Shown: positions 40,092-49,686 of the stretch, piece by piece
Numbering within the stretch: position 1 is the stretch's first letter
Layout of the letters: each line of letters begins with the position of its first letter
Virus record (IMG/VR): IMGVR_UViG_3300046779_001541
Location: 3,109-67,108 of that record
DNA: 64,000 nt
Direction: 5' to 3' (one strand)
Origin: a virus
Taxonomy: Duplodnaviria > Caudoviricetes
Program-made: the position numbers and the translations under genes
The notes under the pieces: model-generated
Told to the model about the DNA's origin: nothing
The model's database searches: none
Seen by the model: only the letters and a program-made list of their open reading frames with translations

Positions 40092-41528
40092 ATGAGGATT
40101 TTAGGCATAAATGAGACGACTCACGATGCTGCGGTAGCTGTAGTCGAAGACGGCAAAATACTGTTTGCCGCCCATGCCGAACGGTATTCTAAGAAAAAGA
40201 ATGACTGGTACACGAATAGTGCCATTCTGGACGAAGCTTTGTCTTACGGTAAACCAGATAAAATTGCCTACTATGAAGATCGCTGGCTAAAGAAGTGGCG
40301 CATCCTCACTAGGGGTGGTTTTGGCGGAGGTAGGCCTTTCTATAAGGATTTCCCTGAACTAAAAGGTGTTCCCGTATATAGTGCTTTTCACCACCACTCC
40401 CATGCAGCGGCTGGATACTACACAGCCCCGTTTGATGATGCAGTTGTAGTAGTTCTCGATGCTATAGGGGAGTTCACCACTAGCTCTATTTGGGTGGGAG
40501 AGGGTGACCAACTTAAGCAAGTAAAGAGGTGGAAATACCCGTTTAGCTTCGGCCTTTTCTACTCAGCCTTCACTGACCTTATTGGGCTAAAGCCAAATGA
40601 GGAAGAATACATAATGATGGGAATGGCTGCCTACGGAAACTGGACTAAATATTACTACAAAGTTCTAAACTATTTCCCTAGCTTTAGCTATCAAACTTAT
40701 AATTTTCATCGTGGAATTGACAACTGGGGCCAAGAGATATACGAACAAGACAGGTTCGACATTGCTGCATCTGTACAGAAGGTGTATGAGCTACGCTTAA
40801 GAGAGTTCATGCTGGATGCTATTCGAAGAACTGGTAAAAAGAATCTAGTATTTATGGGGGGCTGCGCTCTCAATAGTAAGGCTAACACCGACCTCTGGGA
40901 CTTATTTGATAATGTTTGGATTATGCCTAACCCTGGAGACGCTGGGTCAGCTTTGGGTGCGGCTGCCACTGTCTTTGAGAGAAAGTTAGATTGGACTGGT
41001 CCCTATCTTGGCACCAACATAGATGGCGATTATCCAGTAGATAAAATCATAGACGCCCTTATTAAAAACAAAGTAGCTCCCGTGGCTAACGGAAAGGCTG
41101 AGTATGGACCCCGAGCTCTTGGCAACCGTAGTATTCTCGCTGATCCTCGTGATCCTAATATCAAGGATGAAGTAAACAAGATTAAACAGCGTGAGTTGTT
41201 TAGGCCATTCGCTCCAGTCGTGATGGAAGAGCATGCTTCGGAGTGGTTTGACATGGACTATTCGTCGCCATATATGCAGTTCACCCCCCGATGTCTAAAG
41301 CCAGATTTAATTCCTAGCGTTGTACACGCCGATGGGACATCTAGAGTTCAAACTGTAAACAAGGAGCAGCACCCTGGGCTCTATGAGGTACTTACTCGTT
41401 GGTATGCACTTACTGGGGTTCCTGTACTATTAAATACAAGTTTGAATATCAAGGGTCAGCCTATGCTCAACGACGGGCGGGATGTAGTTGACTGGGAAAA
41501 GTACTACAAGAAAGGAATTATCAGATGA
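40092..41528 (+). CDS. NodU/CmcH-family O-carbamoyltransferase
   Basis: HDAAVAVV, HHHSHAAAGYY, LDAIGE, MGMAAYG, GGCALN, EYGPRALGNRSILADPR, RELFRPFAP, DGTSRVQTV, LNTSLN. Confidence 0.95.
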   Translation: MRILGINETTHDAAVAVVEDGKILFAAHAERYSKKKNDWYTNSAILDEALSYGKPDKIAYYEDRWLKKWRILTRGGFGGGRPFYKDFPELKGVPVYSAFHHHSHAAAGYYTAPFDDAVVVVLDAIGEFTTSSIWVGEGDQLKQVKRWKYPFSFGLFYSAFTDLIGLKPNEEEYIMMGMAAYGNWTKYYYKVLNYFPSFSYQTYNFHRGIDNWGQEIYEQDRFDIAASVQKVYELRLREFMLDAIRRTGKKNLVFMGGCALNSKANTDLWDLFDNVWIMPNPGDAGSALGAAATVFERKLDWTGPYLGTNIDGDYPVDKIIDALIKNKVAPVANGKAEYGPRALGNRSILADPRDPNIKDEVNKIKQRELFRPFAPVVMEEHASEWFDMDYSSPYMQFTPRCLKPDLIPSVVHADGTSRVQTVNKEQHPGLYEVLTRWYALTGVPVLLNTSLNIKGQPMLNDGRDVVDWEKYYKKGIIR

Positions 41529-41617
41529 TTGTTCTGTACTACTTAGAGCGCGCCTATAGAAAAGTAAAGTATTGTATCTTCCCTAAAAAGAAGCCAAAGA
41601 AAGACTTTATATACTAA
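41525..41617 (+). CDS. 30-aa basic peptide ending KKDFIY, coupled to the carbamoyltransferase (not in the ORF track)
   Basis: ATGA overlap with the upstream stop and TAATG overlap with the downstream gene; MIVLYYLERAYRKVKYCIFPKKKPKKDFIY. Confidence 0.65.
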   Translation: MIVLYYLERAYRKVKYCIFPKKKPKKDFIY

Positions 41618-42273
41618 TGAAATCTCCAGCTGGACTTAAGCATGGCGACACCGAGCATGAAGTGTACGTAGAGCCTATATTTACTGCGGAAACTAGACAC
41701 TTACAAAAAAGGTTTGACATTCTGAGTAATGTCATAACCCCCGAGGAGTCTCTGGCTTTAAAAGCTTTTATTGAGTCAAAAATACCTGAATCTTCCGACT
41801 CTACCTACAGCCAAGAGGTTGTGCTGCCGTACAGACCAGACGAATGGGATGAGCTTGGGGTTGTTCAAAAAATTCAAGACCTGGCTAAGGCGCACATATT
41901 AAAAACTTATGCGGTAGTTGGACAATTAGAGCCTAGAAAATTTATGGTAATTAGGACCGACAATGTTCAGACATATGGAGAAACTTACGGTTCCTACAAT
42001 CAAAATGGTGAAATTCTATACACTGCAGTAGTAACCCCATCTAGCCCTACTGACTATTACTCTGGGGAGACCCTGTACGGTGTTAATGGCGAGGGGTTCC
42101 ACCCTAACTCTTGCGACATGGTAGTTCAGAGAAATGAAGAACTTAATAGCTGGGAGATTGTAGAGGTACTCACTGGTGTCAGATTTGACCTAATAGTAGT
42201 GTTTCAAGAGATAGATAGAACAATCTCATATGACTACATTATTAATCAAGACGATATCTGTGAAGATTTTTAA
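41617..42273 (+). CDS. Degenerate 2OG-oxygenase-like protein lacking the HxD/H iron ligands
   Basis: The scaffold is recognisable (DYYSGETLY, EIVEVLTGVRFDL), but no HxD or distal His is present. Confidence 0.55.
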   Translation: MKSPAGLKHGDTEHEVYVEPIFTAETRHLQKRFDILSNVITPEESLALKAFIESKIPESSDSTYSQEVVLPYRPDEWDELGVVQKIQDLAKAHILKTYAVVGQLEPRKFMVIRTDNVQTYGETYGSYNQNGEILYTAVVTPSSPTDYYSGETLYGVNGEGFHPNSCDMVVQRNEELNSWEIVEVLTGVRFDLIVVFQEIDRTISYDYIINQDDICEDF

Positions 42274-42279
42274 TTAATA

Positions 42280-42903
42280 CTACTCATCTATAGAGAAGAA
42301 TGTAGTAAGACTACACCTGTACCCGTCGGTAACTTCCATCACTTCGTGGGGCATATCAGATGGCGCAATCACTAAAGTTCCTCTAGTAGGTATAACTCGA
42401 GGTCCAGCATCGTAAACTAGCTCTCCGCCTTCGAACTCACTTGGATCGCTTACATAGAATACTAAAGCAAATTCGTGGCAGTCTACGTGATGGTTGAAGT
42501 TGTGTCCAGCAGAGTATACGTGAATAGGGTCAAAAGCCACTGCACATGGATCTAAATTGCGCTTTGGATTATTAATTGCCTCTAGATATAGATCCATTAT
42601 CTCTACAGATCTATCCTTTATCTTTTTGACTAAGTCCTGGATATGCTGAGGACCCAGGTTTGTGTGTACATTCTTTTCTCCCCAGAAGTTTTTTAGGCGT
42701 TCTACGTCTCTGGTCACACCTTTATCTAGCTGAATAAATGTGTCTTCCCCGTATTTGCTCTCTTTTGCTGCAATGGCACGTGCTTCTTCAGTTTCAGCCT
42801 TTTTTGTTTCTACGGCATAATTATGTAGAATAATGCATTCTTCATCAGATATGACATTTTTAGCTACGGCAACCTTAGTGCCATTCAAAAACTCTAGTTC
42901 CAT
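42280..42903 (-). CDS. Fe(II)/2OG oxygenase
   Basis: HHVD...FEGGELVY...MPHEV...YRCSL. Confidence 0.88.
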   Translation of the reverse strand: MELEFLNGTKVAVAKNVISDEECIILHNYAVETKKAETEEARAIAAKESKYGEDTFIQLDKGVTRDVERLKNFWGEKNVHTNLGPQHIQDLVKKIKDRSVEIMDLYLEAINNPKRNLDPCAVAFDPIHVYSAGHNFNHHVDCHEFALVFYVSDPSEFEGGELVYDAGPRVIPTRGTLVIAPSDMPHEVMEVTDGYRCSLTTFFSIDE

Positions 42904-43012
42904 GAGTCTAATTTTACCAGAAAACGGGGTAACGTGTTAATTATGGGCTAAGTAGACCCTATACCCTTAATCTGGTAACATTTCTATAGACCGCCTACAC
43001 AGGAGACATGCC

Positions 43013-43414
43013 GTGGAAACCCCTAAGAGAGTGCGAATTGGCTCTCAGATCTTTCGCATCGAAGAGAGATCTATAAAAAAAGACGGCACATTAAATGACA
43101 ACTCCTACGGCTACACTCTAGATGCAGGCAACATCATTGTTCTAGATATAAACATTTCGTTGAATAAAAAACAACAAACTCTTCTACATGAAATTATCCA
43201 TGTCATAACTATGGTGTACTCTGGTCAAGTCCAACCTAAACCAAAAGATGAATATGACGTATGGGAACATCATTTTATTGGTATTTGGGAAGCACCTATG
43301 CTATCGTTCATAAAAGATAACCCAAAGGTTGTTGAATGGCTGCAATTAGAAGAGGATTTTGATGGGGAGAAAGAAGAAGTCAAACCTTCCAGAGGGGCAA
43401 AAACCCAACGATGA
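43013..43414 (+). CDS. Small HExxH protein (possible Zn metallopeptidase-like)
   Basis: TLLHEIIHVI. Confidence 0.5.
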   Translation: METPKRVRIGSQIFRIEERSIKKDGTLNDNSYGYTLDAGNIIVLDINISLNKKQQTLLHEIIHVITMVYSGQVQPKPKDEYDVWEHHFIGIWEAPMLSFIKDNPKVVEWLQLEEDFDGEKEEVKPSRGAKTQR

Positions 43415-43712
43415 TTGGGTATACCTCACTGAAATTCAGATAAATGGTAGGCACGTATCACGTGGCACTGAACTGAAAATATCAGGAGAGCGCGGCAGAT
43501 TTAGATTCATGCAACATGTCACTAACTCTAAAGGCATCAGTTGGGTGGATGTTTGGGGTGGACCTAAGGGTGCTGAAAACTGCAGAAGTTTTTATCCAGA
43601 AAGAATAAAACGAGTGCACTATAAGAATCAAACAGTGGCAAATTTAGCTATAGAACACAAAGAAAAACTAGCAGCTAAAAAAGCAGAGCTGGAAGAAAAC
43701 CTGAATGATTGA
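43359..43712 (+). CDS. Hypothetical protein (likely start ATG 43362)
   Basis: Beta-rich 117-aa ORF in a run of overlapping genes. Confidence 0.6.
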   Translation: MMGRKKKSNLPEGQKPNDDWVYLTEIQINGRHVSRGTELKISGERGRFRFMQHVTNSKGISWVDVWGGPKGAENCRSFYPERIKRVHYKNQTVANLAIEHKEKLAAKKAELEENLND

Positions 43713-43812
43713 TAAAGATTGCTGTCACAGATGCGGTGTTTGGCATAAACTTGATATTCTTGTAAGCGGTTTGTGTCCATTTTGTAGAGGAACCCTGGAG
43801 ATAATTAGATGA
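43705..43812 (+). CDS. 35-aa CxxC...CxxC zinc-finger peptide (not in the ORF track)
   Basis: MIDKDCCHRCGVW...LCPFCRG; overlaps both neighbours. Confidence 0.5.
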   Translation: MIDKDCCHRCGVWHKLDILVSGLCPFCRGTLEIIR

Positions 43813-44231
43813 CTGTAAAGATTAAAGTTGTGGGCAATATCCCTCAGTATGCTCGAATCGGAGATGCTGGGTGTGACTTAGTTGCCAACGAGAATGCAAT
43901 GATTGGCCCACACTCTCGAAAGTTAATTAAAACTGGCACCTGGGTGGAGATCCCTGATGGCTATGTGGGACTTATTCACCCTAGAAGCGGTCTCGCTCTT
44001 AAGCAGGGGCTTACGGTGTTGAATACTCCTGGAACTATTGATTCTGGCTACCGAGGCGAGATTGGTGTCATTTTATATAACTCAACTCTTGACATGATTG
44101 AGATTGATCGCGGCACTCGAATCGCGCAATTAGTTTTTCAGAAGTTTGAGACCGCGGAATTTGAAGTAGTAGACGCCCTAACTGAAAGTGACAGAGGCGA
44201 AGGCGGATTTGGCTCGAGCGGAGTTAATTGA
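43809..44231 (+). CDS. dut: Trimeric dUTPase
   Basis: AGCDL, RSGLA, GTIDSGYRGE, IAQLV, RGEGGFGSSG. Confidence 0.96.
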   Translation: MTVKIKVVGNIPQYARIGDAGCDLVANENAMIGPHSRKLIKTGTWVEIPDGYVGLIHPRSGLALKQGLTVLNTPGTIDSGYRGEIGVILYNSTLDMIEIDRGTRIAQLVFQKFETAEFEVVDALTESDRGEGGFGSSGVN

Positions 44232-44359
44232 CTGACGACACTTTAAAAAAGAAAGCACTGTTTGGTTGGTGCATGACTGGCCACCATAAAAACTGTATAG
44301 TAGAGTTCCCTGGGCACCAGTGCGGATGCGCTTGCCATAAAGTGGAGGAGCAAGATTAA
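44228..44359 (+). CDS. 43-aa Cys/His-rich peptide (not in the ORF track)
   Basis: TTG start overlapping the dut stop; GWCMTGHHKNC...HQCGCACH. Confidence 0.55.
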   Translation: MTDDTLKKKALFGWCMTGHHKNCIVEFPGHQCGCACHKVEEQD

Positions 44360-44562
44360 TGACTGTATCTGAGCAATTTAAATCCAGCGGAAATACCGAA
44401 GACATGTGGGCCGTAGTTAGCCTAGTTGACGGAACCGTATTTGAGGGCCTAGTTGAAGGCGAGAAGCCTTACGGAATCTACCTCTTAATTGGCGGCGATT
44501 CATCCAGATTAAGCATGTTTCCGTGGGACAAGGTTATTAGAGTGGTCTATAAACTTGCCTAA
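44359..44562 (+). CDS. Small protein with an Sm/Hfq-like sequence pattern
   Basis: V.L.DG..FEG.V......I.L......MF....V..VV resembles the Sm1/Sm2 motifs. Confidence 0.4.
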   Translation: MTVSEQFKSSGNTEDMWAVVSLVDGTVFEGLVEGEKPYGIYLLIGGDSSRLSMFPWDKVIRVVYKLA

Positions 44563-44586
44563 ATGTCTAAATGATAGGATATCCGT

Positions 44587-45051
44587 ATGGATACCAAGAA
44601 GTTAGACAGCTATATATCTAGAAGCCAGGTCAAGGAGTACCTCTCTCATATCCTCGAGAATGGCACCCAGGACATAGTCGAAAGCCCTGACAGTGTCCAT
44701 GTAGTAGAGCCATTGGGAATTAGAATAGGCTCCACCATAAACTCAGTTAGGATGTACCACCTATTTCGACAGACTGGATATCAAGGGCAGACTGTTCAGG
44801 GTGATATAGTCCTAGTCTCCGATGACATTAAACCTGAACTACCTTCTGGCACTGCAGCAGTTGGCATTTTCTATATGTCTAAATCTGGACGCGACTACCG
44901 TGCTGAAAAAGACTCTATAGGTTCTTATAGTTACACTGGAGACATTGGAGATGTCATCTGCGTGGACGCTCGGGCATGGGAAGATTTGAAATTAAGTAAG
45001 GCAGAAAGCGGGCTTAACTACAGATTATTTGTGTTCTGGAAGGCAGTTTAG
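44587..45051 (+). CDS. Hypothetical protein, possibly a degenerate DSBH/oxygenase fold
   Basis: AVGIFYM...GD.GDVICVD...YRLFVFW without iron ligands; TAGGAT 6 nt upstream. Confidence 0.45.
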   Translation: MDTKKLDSYISRSQVKEYLSHILENGTQDIVESPDSVHVVEPLGIRIGSTINSVRMYHLFRQTGYQGQTVQGDIVLVSDDIKPELPSGTAAVGIFYMSKSGRDYRAEKDSIGSYSYTGDIGDVICVDARAWEDLKLSKAESGLNYRLFVFWKAV

Positions 45052-45764
45052 TGTTTTTTACGCCAAAGGCATTAAAGGATATATTTACTCCAGAAGTCAG
45101 AAAGGATTTGGAGAAAGTAGTTGCTGAGTACCTGTCTCCAGATAAAAAAGTCTACTTTGACAATATAAGCGACAGGGAAGTTCGCAGAGCCAAAAAATTA
45201 GCTAAATTTAATGAACTACTAGAACCTTTGGCAAGGGAAGTTTTTGAGGATGAAAGTCTAAAAGCCACGTACAGCATCCTCCTCAGCTACGACTCTAAAT
45301 CCCACCTTGTGGGTCACCACGATACCAACGCTAATATTTACACAATTAACTACTGTGTGAAGTCTAACGTGGTTTGGCCTATATGGTTTGGCTCTGATGA
45401 GGAGCGAGTTGGTATAGATATCCCTGAAGGCGAGGCCTTGGCATTTATGGGGTGTGATGACTTTCACTACAGAGAAAAAACGAACCAAGAAGACGCTGAC
45501 TTGGTTCTAGTTATGTTCCACTTTTGCCCTGCTGATCACTGGTACTTCACTAAAGGCGAGGGTCACTTTAAATATATTCAAGAGCATTTTGAAGTAATTG
45601 GCAGAGTGCGAAAAGAAGCAGAAGATCTTGAATGGTCACGCGATAATGACTCTAAGATATCTAACGATGATAGAGAATTACTAGACGCTACTATTTCTGA
45701 AAAACGTGCGGAACTCTCTAGACTAGAATCGATGCACGACAGGATTAACGGTCTTGTAGGTTAG
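45051..45764 (+). CDS. Fe(II)/2OG oxygenase
   Basis: GHHDTNA...GEALAFMGCDDFHYRE...MFHF. Confidence 0.75.
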   Translation: MFFTPKALKDIFTPEVRKDLEKVVAEYLSPDKKVYFDNISDREVRRAKKLAKFNELLEPLAREVFEDESLKATYSILLSYDSKSHLVGHHDTNANIYTINYCVKSNVVWPIWFGSDEERVGIDIPEGEALAFMGCDDFHYREKTNQEDADLVLVMFHFCPADHWYFTKGEGHFKYIQEHFEVIGRVRKEAEDLEWSRDNDSKISNDDRELLDATISEKRAELSRLESMHDRINGLVG

Positions 45765-45767
45765 GCA

Positions 45768-46844
45768 ATGAGAATTCTTGTTGTTGGATTTGGTGAACTT
45801 GCTAGAGAATTAGTTGGAATAATAAAAACATTCCCTGAGTATGATCCAGATACTGGCGTGTCTATCTACCATATCTTTACTAATCGCAACTCTTTGAGTT
45901 ATGGCTCTGACCTAGTAGTAGAGATACCTGATCCGCATGGTGATGGCTATAGAACATACAAAGACGGATTTCAGGCTGTAGACAAGTATGCTACAACTGT
46001 AAGCAACTACAAACCGTGGCTACTGGAAGAAGTGAGCAATGGCTCGGTTCACGTTGTCTTGAACTGCACAAGTAAGAATACCGAATCATATACTTTAATT
46101 TCAGAAATACTTGCTGCATCAAAAAGTAAGCTAGAGATCATTCCTTCTAATATGGTTGGAGTAGCTAAGACAATATCAAGGCTTAGAGAGCTGATTGGTG
46201 CCACTGAGTCCTGGCAGCCAGTTAAATTTTCTGCAGAATTTCTACTAGAAGCAGAAAATCTGTGGCTTACTGCTTCCACTAAAATGAGCGAGGTTCATAG
46301 GTCAAATAAGCTTAATTATATAGAGGCTAAAGGTAATCCAACTGGAGCAACTGAATTAACTGGGTATTCAACATTCTCGGCAATACCTATATTTGATAGG
46401 CCTATAGTGGAGAGATTCATTGTAAACGGAGAGAGAGAGGATCTCTATCCGCGCGCTATATCTTTGGATGCTGACCATGACTGCACTGTAATACAGCATC
46501 CTATGCTAAAAGATTTTTTTGGGTGGCACCACACTGAATACCTTGCATGCAAAGAGTTTATTGACCCAGATCTTCAGATAGAGTCTGCTCAGTATATTAA
46601 ATATCTATCGGACGACTCGACTCACGTTGACGTACCTGATTCAGATTACGTCATTGAATATGTTCACAGCGGGGCTATGACAGTAACGTCTAACGATGGG
46701 TCCTCGAGCATTATTCTACGCTCTAACACCGACCAATCATCTTTCTCATATCGGCCTAGAATAAATGCACCAGCTAAATTTAAAGTTCATGCTGGCCTAG
46801 AGACTATTGTTTTTACATATAAAAGGGTGAGCGATGCTTCTTAG
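45768..46844 (+). CDS. Hypothetical protein with a Rossmann-like N-terminus
   Basis: MRILVVGFGELAREL. Confidence 0.5.
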   Translation: MRILVVGFGELARELVGIIKTFPEYDPDTGVSIYHIFTNRNSLSYGSDLVVEIPDPHGDGYRTYKDGFQAVDKYATTVSNYKPWLLEEVSNGSVHVVLNCTSKNTESYTLISEILAASKSKLEIIPSNMVGVAKTISRLRELIGATESWQPVKFSAEFLLEAENLWLTASTKMSEVHRSNKLNYIEAKGNPTGATELTGYSTFSAIPIFDRPIVERFIVNGEREDLYPRAISLDADHDCTVIQHPMLKDFFGWHHTEYLACKEFIDPDLQIESAQYIKYLSDDSTHVDVPDSDYVIEYVHSGAMTVTSNDGSSSIILRSNTDQSSFSYRPRINAPAKFKVHAGLETIVFTYKRVSDAS

Positions 46845-47403
46845 CATTTGTGTGATTGGCGCTACGGACGCCTCTATTGACTTTACAACAAAGTTTAAAG
46901 GTCTTAAATACTATAAAAAGCGTGACTCTGACACAGAAGGTGTCCGTATCCATGTAACATTTGCAGACGATGACAACCTATTAGAGTCTAATTTTACTTA
47001 CAGAAAAGAGCTATCTGACGGTAATTTTGCCAACCTACTGAACGACGGTACTCAGGGCACTAAAAAAGAGTCAACTATAAGTAACGACACTGAATGGTTA
47101 TTAGAATCTGATGGTCATGATACGGTGGTTGAAATGTCTGAGGATGTCGACAAATACTTAGACATATTAGTGACTCTCCTGAAGAGGGGGTATGAGACCT
47201 ATATAACTAGCAGGGTATACGCTGACAACTATTGGAAGGTCCTAGAAGACGCCGCTATCGAAGGTGATACTAGGGTCATCTACTGCGACGACATGTACTG
47301 CTTAATGGGCAAACTTGACCAAAGATATCAACAAAAACTAGACCACCAAAGAAAAAATCTACTAGAAGACTCCTATACAGCAACCCCTTGCGGCCTTAAA
47401 TAG
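46834..47403 (+). CDS. Hypothetical protein, weakly like the homoserine dehydrogenase NAD domain
   Basis: DTVVEM...LLKRGYETYITS...VLEDAAIEGDTRVIY. Confidence 0.45.
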   Translation: MLLSICVIGATDASIDFTTKFKGLKYYKKRDSDTEGVRIHVTFADDDNLLESNFTYRKELSDGNFANLLNDGTQGTKKESTISNDTEWLLESDGHDTVVEMSEDVDKYLDILVTLLKRGYETYITSRVYADNYWKVLEDAAIEGDTRVIYCDDMYCLMGKLDQRYQQKLDHQRKNLLEDSYTATPCGLK

Positions 47404-47417
47404 ACTATGCTGTCCTT

Positions 47418-48125
47418 ATGGACATAACTTTTAGATCAGATGTAACTGTTGAGCTGGTAAACTCTATGGCCAGAGACTCAGACGTGGCTATGGCTGCTCG
47501 AGTATCTACCGTAAGCGGTAATCACGAAAAGGTAGTGGACTTAGAAAAAGATGCTGGTCTAATCAACTACCTGATGCGTGATCGTCACGGTTCCCCATTT
47601 GAGCACAATGCTTTCACCTTCTACATCGAGGCACCAATCTTTGTATTCCGAGAGTTCATGCGTCACCGCATTGCCAGCTACAACGAGGAATCTGGTCGCT
47701 ACAAAGAGCTAGAGCCCGTATTCTACATTCCTGCTCGAGACCGTAAGCTGATCCAAGTAGGAAAGCCAGGTGCGTATGTATTCGAGCAGGGCACTGAAGA
47801 TCAGTGGGAAGACGTCAACCTAAGCACACAGCACATCTGCAACAAGGCATACTACGAGTATCAAGCGCTTCTAGACACTGGCATTGCTCGTGAAGTGGCT
47901 CGTATGGTGCTTCCTGTAAACATCTTCTCATCGATGTATGTGACCATGAACGCTCGCTCACTTATGAACTTCCTCTCACTTCGCACTCAGCGCGAGGGCA
48001 CCCATTTCCCATCTTTTCCACAGCGTGAGATTGAGATGGTTGCGGAGAAGATGGAGGAGTTTTTTGCCGAGAAGATGCCTATCACTTATGAGTCATTCAA
48101 CAAAAATGGACGCGTGGCTCCGTAG
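47418..48125 (+). CDS. thyX: Flavin-dependent thymidylate synthase
   Basis: HGSPFEH, RHRIASYNEESGRY, AREVARMVLP. Confidence 0.96.
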   Translation: MDITFRSDVTVELVNSMARDSDVAMAARVSTVSGNHEKVVDLEKDAGLINYLMRDRHGSPFEHNAFTFYIEAPIFVFREFMRHRIASYNEESGRYKELEPVFYIPARDRKLIQVGKPGAYVFEQGTEDQWEDVNLSTQHICNKAYYEYQALLDTGIAREVARMVLPVNIFSSMYVTMNARSLMNFLSLRTQREGTHFPSFPQREIEMVAEKMEEFFAEKMPITYESFNKNGRVAP

Positions 48126-49156
48126 TGTTGCCTATAGACTTTGATAGATCAAATGACTACCTCATGTATCTATATGGAGGCAAGGTTTTTAGTAGCTCTG
48201 TAGCGTCGGATCCAGGGGTTGTAAATACTTACGATTCTGAGCGCAGAATTTCATATAATTCTCTAGGGTATAGGTCAAATGAATTCTCTACTGGCACTGA
48301 GTTATTAGTTGCTGGTTGCTCATATACAAGCGCGACTGGAGTTCCAGACGATGGTAGATGGGGAGATCTACTGGCTCAGCAGTTGGGCGTTGCATCTATG
48401 TCTACGCTAGCATCTCCTGGTATAGCTATAGATAGGTTAGTAGATGAGTTATTCACATATTTTTCAAGGTATGGTAACCCTAAATATCTCACTGCTGTGT
48501 TGCCTGACCCTTATAGGGTCACTGTCCCGATAGATGGGGACATCCTATCTACTAAGGGGGACGACGGACATGGAATTATATCCACTAGATCTAATGACTT
48601 GAGTAGATACTTTAAAACTATATACACTAACCATAATTACGACCTAGTTGCTTCTACAAAATTAGTAAAAAAGCCCATACCTCCAGACGAAGCAGTGAGT
48701 ATCGATTCAGCGATGTATGCAAGTATTAGAGCAATAAGACATCTAGAGCAGTACTGTAAATCGTCAAATATCAAATTTATTTGGGGAACATGGTCTCGCG
48801 GTCTGATAGAGCTTATATCTTACTTAGATATGTATGACAGCTTAAAGTTTGATAGCTACTCTAAAAAAGTTAGCGACTCTTTGGCATCAGTCACGTCGAC
48901 TAAATTATCTAGGTATATCTGCTACCCAGACTGGATGACTAGAGATCTATGCCTAGCATCCCACGATGTAGATGAGTGTCCCGAGTGTGCATTAACTACA
49001 TGCCACGAAAACTTACTAAACAGATACCCAGATCATTTCTATATAGGAGATGACGTATCTACTAAGGGAGTGGAGCACTCCCACCCTGGAGTCCACGTCC
49101 ACGCTCACTGCAGCGAGGCTTTTTATGAAGAGTTAAAGGGTTTATACTTTGAGTGA
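48125..49156 (+). CDS. SGNH/GDSL-like protein (paralog 1)
   Basis: NSLGYRS...VAGCSYTSATGV...W..LLA...PG; C-terminal HSHPGVHVH. Confidence 0.6.
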   Translation: MLPIDFDRSNDYLMYLYGGKVFSSSVASDPGVVNTYDSERRISYNSLGYRSNEFSTGTELLVAGCSYTSATGVPDDGRWGDLLAQQLGVASMSTLASPGIAIDRLVDELFTYFSRYGNPKYLTAVLPDPYRVTVPIDGDILSTKGDDGHGIISTRSNDLSRYFKTIYTNHNYDLVASTKLVKKPIPPDEAVSIDSAMYASIRAIRHLEQYCKSSNIKFIWGTWSRGLIELISYLDMYDSLKFDSYSKKVSDSLASVTSTKLSRYICYPDWMTRDLCLASHDVDECPECALTTCHENLLNRYPDHFYIGDDVSTKGVEHSHPGVHVHAHCSEAFYEELKGLYFE

Positions 49157-49394
49157 CCGTGAACTGTACCGTATTGATATATCTGGTGTCATAGAGGCAA
49201 TACAAACCGAAGACACTAAATTAGCAGTAGATAGGGCCTGCGAGTTTGGGTTTACCCTTGGTGAAATATCAGAAAAAACTCGCTGGTTAGATGCACTTGA
49301 CAAATTAGAAAACAGTCTGCTAGAGTCTGAGGAGGACGCCATTATGACGATCCACCTAATAAGAAAGATGATAGAGAATGATGAACGAGAATAG
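49149..49394 (+). CDS. Hypothetical protein
   Basis: 81-aa ORF overlapping its neighbours. Confidence 0.55.
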   Translation: MSDRELYRIDISGVIEAIQTEDTKLAVDRACEFGFTLGEISEKTRWLDALDKLENSLLESEEDAIMTIHLIRKMIENDERE

Positions 49395-49551
49395 CGAAAG
49401 CTCTGACTTCAACTACTCGACTGACCAGATTGCAGACGTTTATGCAAAACTTGAAGTAGCAAAAATGCTAATCAAGATGGGCACTGAACTTGCGAAAGCT
49501 GCAGAGACTGATATAAAGTTTTATCGATTAACAAATAATATCCCCGAGTAG
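49381..49551 (+). CDS. 56-aa hypothetical protein (not in the ORF track)
   Basis: MNENSESSDFNYSTDQIADVYAKLEVAKMLIKMG...IPE. Confidence 0.45.
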   Translation: MNENSESSDFNYSTDQIADVYAKLEVAKMLIKMGTELAKAAETDIKFYRLTNNIPE

Positions 49552-49565
49552 TGGGTCAACTACTT

Positions 49566-49640
49566 GCCTCGATGGCGCAATGGTAGCGCACCGCTCTTGT
49601 AAAGCGGGGGTTGTCGGTTCGAGTCCGACTCGGGGCTCCA
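49566..49640 (+). tRNA. tRNA-Thr(TGT)
   Basis: GCCTCGA/TCGGGGC, CCGCT-CTTGTAA-AGCGG, GTCGG-TTCGAGT-CCGAC, encoded CCA. Confidence 0.95.
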
Positions 49641-49686
49641 ACAGGCAGAGAAACGGTCATAGAGGCATTTATGGCAAGTCAAACCT

